The notes: generated by a model from the letters alone, not told the origin. Shown: positions 20,900 to 31,784, counted from the stretch's first letter. The stretch is 64,000 bases of DNA from an uncultured Negativicutes bacterium (GCA_963721525.1 CAVRJL010000015.1:1-64000), one strand, 5' to 3'. Translations and numbers: made by a program.

Positions 20900-21187
20900 C
20901 TAATACCGATTATTGCTATTACGTTTACTTTGAAAACAATCACGACAATACACCGGCTTATCATTTTGAGGTATAAACGGAACTGTAGCAGTTCCACCGC
21001 ATTGTGAACAATTTACCTTATGAAATTCACGTAAATCATCCTGTTTAGCCTTACGATTGCGACGACATGCTGGACAACGAGCTGGTTCATTTTGAAATGC
21101 TTTTTCTTTGTAAAACTCTTGCTCCCCCACAGTAAAAGTAAACTGGTCCCCGCATTCCTTGCAAGAAAGTTGCTTGTCTTGGAACAT
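20900..21187 (-). CDS. zinc-ribbon protein (zf-trcl plus CxxC-x17-CxxC domains)
   Basis: DKQLSCKECG..FTVGEQEFY..PARCPAC; CSQCG...VPF.P...KPVYCRDC. Confidence 0.93.
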   Translation of the reverse strand: MFQDKQLSCKECGDQFTFTVGEQEFYKEKAFQNEPARCPACRRNRKAKQDDLREFHKVNCSQCGGTATVPFIPQNDKPVYCRDCFQSKRNSNNRY

Positions 21188-21419
21188 TTATAACGTTCTC
21201 CTTTAAAATATTACGAATATAACATTTCCGTTCTATTCATTAACTTAATTTTAGCTTAAATATTTTTAAAAGTCAATTATAAGTATAGATTAAAATACAA
21301 TCAGATTTACACAGTATGTATTGTTAGAGATTAATTATTATTTTTAAATATTGAATTTTTTTTTTTATTATGGTACCATTTATTGTAGTGGAAATTATTT
21401 ACCCTTGATATTCAATAAT

Positions 21420-21763
21420 GGGGGCGTGTTGGTTTCGACGAGGATATTTGTGGCAAAATAAGCAAGCCGGGGTTACATTAGCCCGTAAAACGGTGTAAAA
21501 AAACTAAACGCAAATAATAACTTAGTATTAGCAGCGTAGAACTGTTTTCCTTTATCTTAGATTCTCCCATGATTTAAGAATAGGGGTCATTTGATGGGAT
21601 TACTTTAGATTCGCTTCGAAATTTAAAGGAAATGTAAGAAGTAAGTTTTAGGTAGGCTTGACCATAAGTGTACTTTAAACTAAATATAAAAAATGGTCTA
21701 AGCTTGAAGAAAGTTTTGTGGCAAAGTTTTCGGACAGGGGTTCGACTCCCCTCGCCTTCACCA
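21420..21763 (+). ncRNA. ssrA: tmRNA; tag (A)ANNNLVLAA
   Basis: 5' GGGGGCG..GGTTTCGAC, internal tag ORF ending LAA-TAG, 3' CGGACAGGGGTTCGACTCCCCTCGCCTTCACCA. Confidence 0.97.
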
Positions 21764-21818
21764 AATTAGAGAGTAATAATGCGATAAACAACTTACGTTA
21801 AGTTGAATTGAGTTGAAT

Positions 21819-21851
21819 AACAAAACAGCACCGAAGGTGCTGTTTTGTTTT
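21819..21851. terminator. bidirectional terminator ssrA/htrA
   Basis: AACAAAACAGCACC-GAA-GGTGCTGTTTTGTT. Confidence 0.9.
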
Positions 21852-21864
21852 AAGTTTTAGCAAT

Positions 21865-21902
21865 TTATATTCAAATTATATTCAAACTTACTATCTTACT
21901 AT
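21865..21902. repeat. two adjacent tandem duplications
   Basis: TTATATTCAAA x2 (21865-21886) then CTTACTAT x2 (21887-21902). Confidence 0.85.
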
Positions 21903-21913
21903 ATCAATCATTA

Positions 21914-23080
21914 TTAATCATTATCATTATTATCATCATTAGTCTTTTTATCAGGGATAGTGTCTTTTTGAGGCTCTTCTAATATTAATTTTAAATTCAT
22001 ATTTTTTTCTCCTCGCTTTATTTTTACCACTATCGTTGTTCCTATAGGAAGTGCCGAAGTTATAGCTAATATATCAGTAGCGCTATTTATTTCTTTTTCG
22101 TTTATTTTTTGTATTATGTCTCCTTTGTGGATGCCTGCCTTATATGCAGGTGTTCCACTCTCAACACTGTTTACAAGTACTCCCTGATCGATTATATCTG
22201 TAAAACCATACTGTTCTAAAGTTTTTTTCTCATATAATTTTAGACCCAGGTACCCTCTAACTACTCTTCCTTTAGCAATTAATTGGCTGACAACTTGTTT
22301 AACAGTATTTATTGGAATAGAAAATCCCAATCCCTCATATCCTTCTGCCACTATTTTTAAAGTATTTATCCCAATAATTTCTCCATCGGCGTTAACTAAT
22401 GGACCACCAGAATTGCCAGGATTTATTGCAGCATCTGTTTGTATAAACGAAGATATTTGTTGCCCAACATCTTCAAATCTTCGATTAATAGCACTTATTA
22501 AACCCGCAGTTATTGTCATAGTGTTATTTTTCATATCTGTTCTTGGTATACCAGGACAGCCTATAGCTATAGCAGGCTCACCAATCATAATATTATCTGA
22601 ATTTCCAAGCTTGGCAGTAGACAATTTATTATCATCTTTTATACTAATTACTGCTAAATCTGTTGCTGCGTCTGTTCCGACTAATTTTGCATCAACAGCT
22701 TGATTAGTAAATAATAATACTTTTAAATTTTGCGTTCCACGAATAACATGGTTATTTGTAACAATATAAATTAATCCATTGTGTTTACTAAATAATATTC
22801 CTGAACCACTTGCCGTAATGTCTATAATACGTTCACCAGACCAAAAATCTTGTATTTTGCCTTTATAATTTATAATTCCTACTACGCAAGGCGAAACATT
22901 TTTTGCAACTTGCACAATATAAGTATTTCGATAACTTTTACCATCAGGAGTAGATGTTTGTAAATTTTTATTATCTATACACAAACCTCTATTGTAACCC
23001 AAACCAAGTAAAAAAGAACCTGAAGCTACTGATAATATCAACACAATACTTAAAAGATATATTGTTTTTTTAGGCTGCAT
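21914..23080 (-). CDS. htrA: HtrA/DegP serine protease with PDZ domain
   Basis: VTNNHVI, TDLAV, IQTDAAINPGNSGGPL. Confidence 0.96.
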   Translation of the reverse strand: MQPKKTIYLLSIVLILSVASGSFLLGLGYNRGLCIDNKNLQTSTPDGKSYRNTYIVQVAKNVSPCVVGIINYKGKIQDFWSGERIIDITASGSGILFSKHNGLIYIVTNNHVIRGTQNLKVLLFTNQAVDAKLVGTDAATDLAVISIKDDNKLSTAKLGNSDNIMIGEPAIAIGCPGIPRTDMKNNTMTITAGLISAINRRFEDVGQQISSFIQTDAAINPGNSGGPLVNADGEIIGINTLKIVAEGYEGLGFSIPINTVKQVVSQLIAKGRVVRGYLGLKLYEKKTLEQYGFTDIIDQGVLVNSVESGTPAYKAGIHKGDIIQKINEKEINSATDILAITSALPIGTTIVVKIKRGEKNMNLKLILEEPQKDTIPDKKTNDDNNDND

Positions 23081-23093
23081 CTGATTTCCTCCA

Positions 23094-24929
23094 TTATTCT
23101 ACGGTAACGCTCTTTGCTAAGTTGCGAGGTTTGTCAACATCACAATTTCTATTAATTGCCGAATAATAGGCGTAAAATTGTAAAGGAATTACGGCTAATA
23201 TTGGTGCTAACAATTCATTTATGACAGGTATATAAATGGTATGGTCGACATATTTCTCAATTTCTTCATTCCCAGCAAAAGTTATTCCAATAACTTTTGC
23301 TCCACGAGCTTTTACTTCTTTTACATTGCCCATCATTTTATTGAAAACACATTTTTGTGTAGCAATAGCGAATACTGGTATTCCCTCTTCAATAAGCGCT
23401 AATGTTCCATGTTTTAATTCTCCGGCTGCATATGCTTCAGCGTGAATATAAGATAGTTCTTTCAGTTTTAATGCTCCTTCTTGAGCTACAGCATAATCTA
23501 GCAATCTACCTAAATAAAAAATATCATTAGTATTATTATATAAAGCAGCAATAGTTTTTATAGGAGCTATATTTTTAAAAATCTCATGAACTTTATTTGG
23601 TAAATTTTGTAAATCTTTTAAAAATTTATTAAGGTTTTTATTAGAAATATTTTTTCTAATAAAAGAAAAATATAATGCAAACAAACATAACAAAACTATT
23701 TGGGTAGTGTAAGCTTTAGTTGAAGCAACAGCAATTTCTGGACCTGCCCATGTATAAAGCACATTGTCAGCTTCACGTGCTGCTGTTGATCCAACTACAT
23801 TAGTTATTGCTAATGTTAATACACCAAGCTTTTTAGATTCCCTCAATGCAGCAAGTGTATCCAAGGTTTCTCCTGATTGACTTATAAATATAGCCAATGT
23901 TTTATTGTCTATAACATGGTTAGAATATCGAAATTCCGAACCTAAATATACTTCTACAGAAATTTTAGAAAATTCTTGCAAATAGAATTTTCCTATTAAG
24001 CCCGCATAGTAAGAAGTTCCGCAAGCTACTATGACTATCTTATTAAAATTTTTAACAAAATCAAAAGTCCAGTTAAGCTCATCTAAAACAATATTATTTT
24101 TTATTTCGATTATTCTTCCACGCATTGTTTCTTTGAGAGCCTTTGGTTGTTCATATATCTCTTTTAACATAAAATGTTCGTATCCGCTTTTTTCAGCAGC
24201 TTCAGCATTCCAATTAACTTCGAATATTTTTTTCTTTATTTTATTTCCTTCTAAATCTGTTACATGAATTTTATCGTAACTTATAATTGCCACTTCTTCA
24301 TCATTTAAAATATATGCTTTACGAGTATGTCTTATAATTGCTGGAATATCTGAAGCGATAAAATTCTCTTCTATGCCTATACCTAAAACCATTGGATTAT
24401 CTTTCTTTGTACAAATTATTTTATCGGGTTCGTCAGAACATAAAAAAGCTAAAGCAAAAGATCCCTTCAATAATTTAATTGCCTCAATAACGGCTAAACG
24501 GAAGTCTTTTTTATATTCATAACATTCTTCTACAAGATGAATTAAAATTTCAGTATCTGTCTCAGACTTAAAGTTGTGATTTTTTTCAAGTGCTTGTCTT
24601 ACTTCTATGTAATTTTCAATAATTCCGTTATGAACTACTGCAAATTTTCCTGTACAATCTGTGTGAGGGTGCGCGTTTTCATCCGAAGGACAACCGTGCG
24701 TTGCCCATCTAGAATGACCTATTCCAATATTCCCTTCTGGCGTAAATTTTTCTATCTGCGCTTGTAAGCAGCTTATTTGTCCTAACTTTTTTGTTACATC
24801 TATCTTTTTATCTTTACTTATTACCGCTATACCCGCAGAATCATACCCTCTATACTCTAATTTTATTAAACCTTCAAGTAAAATATTAGCTGCTTGCTTT
24901 TTACCTACATATCCTATTATACCGCACAT
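23094..24929 (-). CDS. glmS: glutamine--fructose-6-phosphate aminotransferase
   Basis: starts MCGIIG; EYRGYDSAG; SQSGET; PRNLAKSVTVE. Confidence 0.99.
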   Translation of the reverse strand: MCGIIGYVGKKQAANILLEGLIKLEYRGYDSAGIAVISKDKKIDVTKKLGQISCLQAQIEKFTPEGNIGIGHSRWATHGCPSDENAHPHTDCTGKFAVVHNGIIENYIEVRQALEKNHNFKSETDTEILIHLVEECYEYKKDFRLAVIEAIKLLKGSFALAFLCSDEPDKIICTKKDNPMVLGIGIEENFIASDIPAIIRHTRKAYILNDEEVAIISYDKIHVTDLEGNKIKKKIFEVNWNAEAAEKSGYEHFMLKEIYEQPKALKETMRGRIIEIKNNIVLDELNWTFDFVKNFNKIVIVACGTSYYAGLIGKFYLQEFSKISVEVYLGSEFRYSNHVIDNKTLAIFISQSGETLDTLAALRESKKLGVLTLAITNVVGSTAAREADNVLYTWAGPEIAVASTKAYTTQIVLLCLFALYFSFIRKNISNKNLNKFLKDLQNLPNKVHEIFKNIAPIKTIAALYNNTNDIFYLGRLLDYAVAQEGALKLKELSYIHAEAYAAGELKHGTLALIEEGIPVFAIATQKCVFNKMMGNVKEVKARGAKVIGITFAGNEEIEKYVDHTIYIPVINELLAPILAVIPLQFYAYYSAINRNCDVDKPRNLAKSVTVE

Positions 24930-24930
24930 T

Positions 24931-26271
24931 TTATATATTCTCCTTTTCAATGACAGAAGCTATTTGATTCGCATATTTTTCTATTGTTTTAATATTATAA
25001 CCTTCAATCATAATTCTTAATACGGGTTCTGTTCCTGATTTTCTTAGCAAAATTCTACCCTTATTTCCTAATTTTTCTTCTATATTTTTGATAATCATCT
25101 TTAATGTTATATTATCCTGCCAATTTATATTTGATTTTATATAAACATTTTTTAAAATTTGAGGATACTCTATCATACAGTTTGCTAGCTTACTTATAGG
25201 CATTTCTGTTTTTTTTAATATAGCCATTAATTGAATACTTGTTAATATACCATCTCCTGTAGTCGACAAATTAGAAAAAATTATATGTCCTGATTGTTCT
25301 CCGCCTATAATATAATTTTTTTCAAGCATACGTTCGATAACATGACGGTCCCCTACAGGTGTGATTTCTAAATTTACTCCTTTATTTCGAAAGGTAGAAC
25401 GCATTCCAATATTACTCATGACCGTAGTAACTAGTCCTTTACCCGGAAGTTTATTTTCTTTAAGCAAGCTTTCGGCACAAATCAACATTATTTTATCGCC
25501 ATTAACAATATCCCCTGTTTCATCTATAGCTATGCAACGATCAGCATCTCCATCATAAGCTATACCAATATCTGCTTTATACGACATTACTGCTTCTTGT
25601 AATTGCTTTAGGTTTGTAGAGCCGCAATTATCATTTATATTAATTCCATTTGGTTTGTTATTAATTACAATAACTTGTGCTCCCAGTTTTTTAAATATTT
25701 TAGGAGCTATTTTATATGCAGCACCATTAGCACAGTCCAAAACAATTTTTATTTTTTCTAATTTAATAGAAATAGAGTTTAGTATAAAATTAATATAAAT
25801 TTGCAACAAGTTTTTATTTTCTTTATATTCTCCCAAATCTTTTCCTGTAGGATAATAAAATAAATTACTAAAAATTAATTTTTCAAGTTCGTCTTCAATA
25901 TGGTCAGAAATCTTATATCCATTTTTAGCAAAAATCTTGATGCCATTATCATGAAATTTATTATGAGATGCTGAAATAACCACTCCTACATTAATATTTT
26001 TCTTATTTTTTACTAAAAATGCAACTGCAGGTGTAGGGGCTATACCCAAGCTTATCGCGTTTCCGCCTGAGGAGCAAATACCTGCTGCTAAAGATGCTTC
26101 AAGCATTTTACCAGATTTTCTAGTATCTCTTCCTATCAAAATAGAAGGTTTATTCCCTTTTCCCCCTCTAAAATATTGAGTTATTGCTTTCCCAATTTTA
26201 AAAGCTAATTCTGAAGAAATTTCTTTATTAGCAACTCCTCTTATACCATCTGTTCCGAATAATCTTGTCAT
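24931..26271 (-). CDS. glmM: phosphoglucosamine mutase
   Basis: LFGTDGIRG, ISASHN, DGDADR, GGEQSGH. Confidence 0.98.
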   Translation of the reverse strand: MTRLFGTDGIRGVANKEISSELAFKIGKAITQYFRGGKGNKPSILIGRDTRKSGKMLEASLAAGICSSGGNAISLGIAPTPAVAFLVKNKKNINVGVVISASHNKFHDNGIKIFAKNGYKISDHIEDELEKLIFSNLFYYPTGKDLGEYKENKNLLQIYINFILNSISIKLEKIKIVLDCANGAAYKIAPKIFKKLGAQVIVINNKPNGININDNCGSTNLKQLQEAVMSYKADIGIAYDGDADRCIAIDETGDIVNGDKIMLICAESLLKENKLPGKGLVTTVMSNIGMRSTFRNKGVNLEITPVGDRHVIERMLEKNYIIGGEQSGHIIFSNLSTTGDGILTSIQLMAILKKTEMPISKLANCMIEYPQILKNVYIKSNINWQDNITLKMIIKNIEEKLGNKGRILLRKSGTEPVLRIMIEGYNIKTIEKYANQIASVIEKENI

Positions 26272-26324
26272 TAATCCCCCACACGTATTTAAAAAATGAT
26301 AATATTCTTATCATCCTTTATTAT

Positions 26325-27236
26325 TTAATCATATAAAATGCAATAAAAAACTTGGTCGCTAGGATATGTTTTTATTTTTTTAGGTATGTTTAAACTAATA
26401 GGATACTTTTTATTTGTGTTTGAAAAAATTTCAATGTCAATCGGTAAAGTTTCAATAAAGTTTATCTTATCTATTTCTTCTTTTTCACCAAATATCAAAA
26501 TATTTTTCGGCTCTATTTTATAATGATTTTCTTTATAATTTGTAGTATTTACCTTAAATTTAGCTTTTATAAGAAATACTTTTTCGTTATAAAATTTAAT
26601 AATAACAGGAATTTTAACGGGGACAGAAGATAAATTGTTTATTTCATTTCCTTTAAAATCAATAAACATTGGCTCCACTTCTATTACTATATCAGATGAA
26701 ATATTTATAATATTCTTTAAATTAACATTTAACATAGCTTTAACGATATTATTAACATTATCTTCCATACCATAAACACTAATATTTTTTACAGCTCTTA
26801 TTTCTTTAACTAAATATATTTTTTTACTTTCTTTTATAATATTTATTTTAACAGGAACATTTTTTCTTTTTAAAGCTTTAATATCTAAATATACTTCAGG
26901 CGATAAAGTAAGTAATTGTATTTTGTCTGGTATATTTATATTAATTTTGAAATTTTGTTTGCCTAATAAACGGACATCCTTTAAATCCACGGTACCAATA
27001 ATGTTATGGTCTTTTAAGTTTGCCATATTATCCCGAGATCCTCTAATTTTAATTTCTATTTTATCAGGCTTATTAGCAACTACATAATTGATAGATAAAT
27101 TTTTTATTTCTAACGGAATTTGTATTACTTTTTCCACAATCGGATTACTATCATCCATTGCAAAAATCCAAAATGCATAAGCAGCAATGAAAATAATTAC
27201 CCATTCCAAAATAGACTTATAGTAACTTTTTCCCAT
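26325..27236 (-). CDS. cdaR: CdaR/YbbR-like protein
   Basis: N-terminal TM, YbbR-like repeats, position cdaA-cdaR-glmM. Confidence 0.8.
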   Translation of the reverse strand: MGKSYYKSILEWVIIFIAAYAFWIFAMDDSNPIVEKVIQIPLEIKNLSINYVVANKPDKIEIKIRGSRDNMANLKDHNIIGTVDLKDVRLLGKQNFKININIPDKIQLLTLSPEVYLDIKALKRKNVPVKINIIKESKKIYLVKEIRAVKNISVYGMEDNVNNIVKAMLNVNLKNIINISSDIVIEVEPMFIDFKGNEINNLSSVPVKIPVIIKFYNEKVFLIKAKFKVNTTNYKENHYKIEPKNILIFGEKEEIDKINFIETLPIDIEIFSNTNKKYPISLNIPKKIKTYPSDQVFYCILYD

Positions 27237-28074
27237 GCTGTTTTATCCTCCGTGTAAATATCTCGCTAATACTTTTTGATTCAATAATAAATAAATCATA
27301 TAAATATTTCTTTAAACTATCAATATTTAAAGCCCTATATAAATGCCCATTTTTCACTAAAGATATTTTCCCATTTTCTTCGCTAACAACCAAGGAAATA
27401 GAGTCTGTTTCTTCACTTATACCTATAGCTGCTCTATGTCTTGTTCCTAAATCGCTTGCCAACTTTTTACACGACAATGGTAAGTAACATCCTGCCGCAA
27501 CAATTAAATTCCTACAAATTATGACAGCCCCGTCATGTAAGGGAGAATTTTTAGAAAATATACTACCCAATAATTCTTCTGAAACTATAGCATTTATTTT
27601 TATCCCTCGTTCAACATATTCATTTAATCCTGTTTCTCTTTGTAATATAATTAATGCTCCTATATTTGCATTGGAAAAATTTTTAATACTACTTAACAAT
27701 TTATCAATAACTCCAAGAGCCTCTTCCTTAGTTTTGAAATTATCCACTCCTGGGAAACGATTGCCGATCTTTTCTAATGTATTACGTAATTCGGGTTGAA
27801 AAATAACAGGCATCGCTATTAATAGTAGACTTATTGATTTTGAAAGTAGCCAATACATAGCGTATAATCTTAATTCTTTACAAATAGGGGCAAGCACGAT
27901 AAGAACAAGTATTCCTTTTAGTAATTGTAATGCTCGCGAGCCTTTAATAATTTTATAAAGAACTTTAAATAAAATAGCTATAAAAATTATATCTATAACA
28001 TCGATAAAAGATATTGTAAAAAATAGAGATTTAGTTTTTTCAAGTATTAACATACTAACACCATAAAAAATCAT
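27217..28074 (-). CDS. cdaA: diadenylate cyclase CdaA
   Basis: 3 TM, FQPELR, PLHDGAV, GTRHRAA. Confidence 0.97.
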   Translation of the reverse strand: MIFYGVSMLILEKTKSLFFTISFIDVIDIIFIAILFKVLYKIIKGSRALQLLKGILVLIVLAPICKELRLYAMYWLLSKSISLLLIAMPVIFQPELRNTLEKIGNRFPGVDNFKTKEEALGVIDKLLSSIKNFSNANIGALIILQRETGLNEYVERGIKINAIVSEELLGSIFSKNSPLHDGAVIICRNLIVAAGCYLPLSCKKLASDLGTRHRAAIGISEETDSISLVVSEENGKISLVKNGHLYRALNIDSLKKYLYDLFIIESKSISEIFTRRIKQHGKKLL

Positions 28075-28775
28075 TAAGTAAACGGTAATGCATTTTATTT
28101 TAATTTATTAATTATTGTTAACATTTTTATAGTAATTTTCCCCCCCATTAATTTTTTTAAGTTCTTTAATCACTTCTATAAACCGCTCAGTGATTAGACA
28201 TACCAAACTATTTTTAATAACGCGACAATCCATGGTTATCAAATATTTACTATAAATATCACAAAATATCACACTAATTGCAGTATAAGTAAAATGAAAT
28301 AAATAAACTTTCAGTAACTTGCATTCCGTTTTTTTAATACACTCTAAATTTGTAATTTCTTTTAAACAATGTAATTGGGGGAAATAGTTAACTTATTATA
28401 TTGTAATTGTTAATAATTTATTCCGCCACAAGTCCAGCATCGCTTAATATTATATTTCTGCTTAGTACTTACCTATTATTCATATCGACTTTTATAACTA
28501 TATTACATAAATATTTTAAAGATTTAATACGAGGGGATACCATATTCTCATACATTATTCTCATATAAAAAGTTGTCCTTTTTAATCATTTTTCGTAATA
28601 TTCTAAAAATTACAACAGATATAACGTCATATTAGAAACAATTCCCCAAACTGAAAAATTCTATTTTCGTTCGTAGCGCGCATTTCTTATTTAAAAAAAT
28701 ACTTCTACTTCAATCCTCTTTTATTCCTCTATTAATTAAATTATTTTATCATATATTTATAATGAACGCAAAAAT

Positions 28776-28815
28776 AATCACTCTCTACTTATTCCAATCA
28801 CTCTCTACTTATTCC
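28776..28815. repeat. perfect 20-bp tandem duplication
   Basis: AATCACTCTCTACTTATTCC x2. Confidence 0.95.
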
Positions 28816-28846
28816 TTAGAAATATTAGAAATAATAGAAATAAAAT

Positions 28847-29569
28847 CTATGTTTGACAACGTCTTTTTATAATATCATAAATGAGTATACCTGCAGCCAC
28901 AGATACGTTCAAAGAATTTATTTTTCCATACATCGGAATAGCTACTATATAATCACATTTAGTTTCTAAAAGATGTCTAACTCCTTTTCCTTCATTTCCC
29001 AATATAAGAACGATAGGCATATTCAAATCTTGAATTTTATTAATATTTATACCTTCTGCATTTGAACCTATTATCCAAAAACCTTTTTTTTTTAAATAGT
29101 TGATAGTATTTATTAAATTATTTACCCTGGCTATTGATATATGTTCAATTGCTCCGCTTGAAACTTTTGCTACTGTCTCATTTATTTGGCAATTACGCCG
29201 ATTAGGAATAATAATTCCCTTTATTTTTGCAGCTTCTGCTGTTCTTATAATTGCTCCCATATTATGAGGGTCATGAATTTCATCAAGCATCAAAAAAAAA
29301 GGAAGTTCATTTTTGACAGAATTAACAAGCGTTTCAATACTTAAATATTGTATAGTGGTTGTAAAAGCTAAAATTCCTTGATGATTACCCGAGCAGAGCC
29401 TTTCGATAGCAGATTTTTCCACAAATTGTATAGGGATTTTTTTATTTTTACATAAGGATACAATTTCATTGAAATTAGCCAATTTAGATCTTTTTGTAAT
29501 TAAAATTTTGTTTATAGATCTGTTTTCTTTTAGTGTTTCCAATACGCTATTTCTACCAAATATTATCAT
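28847..29569 (-). CDS. rlmB: 23S rRNA (G2251-2'-O) methyltransferase
   Basis: GRNSVLE, NHQGI, DPHNMGAIIRTA, GNEGKG, SLNVSVA. Confidence 0.96.
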   Translation of the reverse strand: MIIFGRNSVLETLKENRSINKILITKRSKLANFNEIVSLCKNKKIPIQFVEKSAIERLCSGNHQGILAFTTTIQYLSIETLVNSVKNELPFFLMLDEIHDPHNMGAIIRTAEAAKIKGIIIPNRRNCQINETVAKVSSGAIEHISIARVNNLINTINYLKKKGFWIIGSNAEGININKIQDLNMPIVLILGNEGKGVRHLLETKCDYIVAIPMYGKINSLNVSVAAGILIYDIIKRRCQT

Positions 29570-29597
29570 ATGCTCCTCCTTATTCTATTTAAATATT

Positions 29598-31784
29598 TTA
29601 TATTTTTGTTATAGGAGCATATTTTGCCATTAATGATTTAATTCCTATATTTGCGAAAGCTACTTTAATTATTAATTCCCCATTAGTTTTTTCTAGATCT
29701 ACTAAAGTCCCTTGACCGAATTCTTTATGAAAAATTTTATCTCTAATTTTCCAACTATTAGATTGGTTTTTATTTATTTGGTTTATATCTAAAAAACTCT
29801 CGATATTTTTTGATAAAATAGTATTTTTTTTATGTATATTAGATTTTTCACTCTGGATAACTTTTATTATACAATTTTCAGGTATTTCATTTAAAAAGCG
29901 TGAAGGCATGTTACAAGATAGATTTCCAAATAAAGAACGCATACGAGTATAAATAATAAATAAATTATTGCAAGCGCGCGTAATTCCCACATAACAAAGT
30001 CTTCTTTCTTCTTCCATTTCTTTTTCATTTGTTAAAGAACGAATATGCGGAAGTACTCCTTCTTCCATTCCAACTAAAAATACGTTTTTAAATTCTAATC
30101 CTTTTGCAGAATGGATAGTCATTAAAAAAACTTTGTCCTCGTTATTGCCTAAAATATCCAAATCAGTTATTAATGACACATGTGTAAGAAATTCTTCCAG
30201 TGTTGCTTTATTCCCTTTTTTTTTGATAAAATCTTTTGCTACTCCGATAAATTCTTTTAAATTTTCTATTTTTAACTGCAATTCCATAGTATTGTTTTGT
30301 TCAAACTCAATGAGATATCCTATTTTTTTCAAACAGTACTCAATAAAATCATCTAATTGTTTTTTATTCTTTTCTTCATCAAATTTAAAAACTAAACTTA
30401 GAAATTCTTTTATTCCCATTTTTGCTTTAGGAGTTAAATTGGATATTTCTTCTACAAAAGATAATGCTTCAAAAAAAGATATATTATTATGTTTAGAAAA
30501 ATCATCTATATGTTTAATAGATGTATTCCCTATTCCGCGTCTAGGTATATTAATTATACGTTGTAAACTTATTAAATCATTTGGATTGTTAACAACTTTT
30601 AAATAAGCTAATATATCTTTAATTTCTTTTCGCTCATAGAATTTTATACCACCTACAATAGTATAAGGTATTCCTGCTTGTAAAAATCCTTCTTCAATTG
30701 CTCGCGATTGAGCGTTTATTCTATATAATACAGCATAATCGTTATAAAAAATTTTCCCCTTCTTTTTTTTCACAAGAGTTTTTACAATAAAATTCGCTTC
30801 GTCTTTTTCATCACTGGCATTGTAAACTATTATTTTTTCACCTTTTTTATTTTCTGTCCAAAGTTTTTTTGGAGTACGCTCTATATTATTTTTTATAATC
30901 GCATTTGCTGCATCTAATATGAACTTTGTTGAGCGATAATTCTGCTCTAATTTTATTATATGTGCTTCAGGATAATCTTTCTTAAATTGAAGTATATTAC
31001 TAATATCGGCTCCGCGCCAACTATAAATACTTTGGTCAACGTCACCTACAGCAAAAAAATTTTTGTTTTTTTGCGCTAAAATCTTTAACAAATTATACTG
31101 CACCTTGTTTGTATCTTGATATTCATCAACTAAAATATATTTAAACTTATTTTGATATTTATTTTTTACATCACTATTTTCATTTAAAAGCTTTATAGTA
31201 TACAGTAATAAATCATCAAAATCCATAGCGTTTCCAATAATAAGCTTTTTTTCATAAAGTTCGTAAATTTTGGAAATTTCCTTATTAAAAAAATCATTAC
31301 AATTATTTCTAAATTCATTATACGAAACCATATTGTTTTTACTTTTAGATATAATTGATTTTATTAGAGTCGGATTAAAAAGTTTCTCATCTAAATTTAA
31401 TTCATTTAAACAATTCTTTATTATCAAACGTGTTTCTTGTTCGTCATATATAGTAAAAGTAGAACTATGATTTTTTAAATTTTCTACCTCCATTCTTAGT
31501 AAACGTGCACAAAATGAATGAAATGTGCTAATCCACGAATATTCAATATTTATATTAGAATTTTCTTTTACTCTTTTTTTTATTTCATTAGCAGCTTTAT
31601 TTGTAAATGTAATTGCTAAAATATTATTTATATATATTCCATTTGTAATCAATTGTAAAAATCTGGCAATCAGAACTGAAGTTTTCCCTGAACCCGCTCC
31701 AGCAATAACTAAAATAGATCCTTCTGTTTTGAGTACAGCTTCTTTTTGTCTATTATTTAACTTTTCTAATAAAATTTTTTTCAT
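29598..31784 (-). CDS. pcrA: ATP-dependent DNA helicase PcrA/UvrD
   Basis: AGAGSGKT, VDEYQDTN, VGDVDQSIY, NYRST, HSAKGLEF, EEERRL. Confidence 0.98.
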   Translation of the reverse strand: MKKILLEKLNNRQKEAVLKTEGSILVIAGAGSGKTSVLIARFLQLITNGIYINNILAITFTNKAANEIKKRVKENSNINIEYSWISTFHSFCARLLRMEVENLKNHSSTFTIYDEQETRLIIKNCLNELNLDEKLFNPTLIKSIISKSKNNMVSYNEFRNNCNDFFNKEISKIYELYEKKLIIGNAMDFDDLLLYTIKLLNENSDVKNKYQNKFKYILVDEYQDTNKVQYNLLKILAQKNKNFFAVGDVDQSIYSWRGADISNILQFKKDYPEAHIIKLEQNYRSTKFILDAANAIIKNNIERTPKKLWTENKKGEKIIVYNASDEKDEANFIVKTLVKKKKGKIFYNDYAVLYRINAQSRAIEEGFLQAGIPYTIVGGIKFYERKEIKDILAYLKVVNNPNDLISLQRIINIPRRGIGNTSIKHIDDFSKHNNISFFEALSFVEEISNLTPKAKMGIKEFLSLVFKFDEEKNKKQLDDFIEYCLKKIGYLIEFEQNNTMELQLKIENLKEFIGVAKDFIKKKGNKATLEEFLTHVSLITDLDILGNNEDKVFLMTIHSAKGLEFKNVFLVGMEEGVLPHIRSLTNEKEMEEERRLCYVGITRACNNLFIIYTRMRSLFGNLSCNMPSRFLNEIPENCIIKVIQSEKSNIHKKNTILSKNIESFLDINQINKNQSNSWKIRDKIFHKEFGQGTLVDLEKTNGELIIKVAFANIGIKSLMAKYAPITKI

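Noticed and set aside
21905-21945. ATC/ATT triplet repeats
   Set aside because: Low-complexity Asn/Asp tail of HtrA, not a separate element
28776-28815. 20-bp direct repeat as CRISPR
   Set aside because: Only two copies, no spacer, no cas genes
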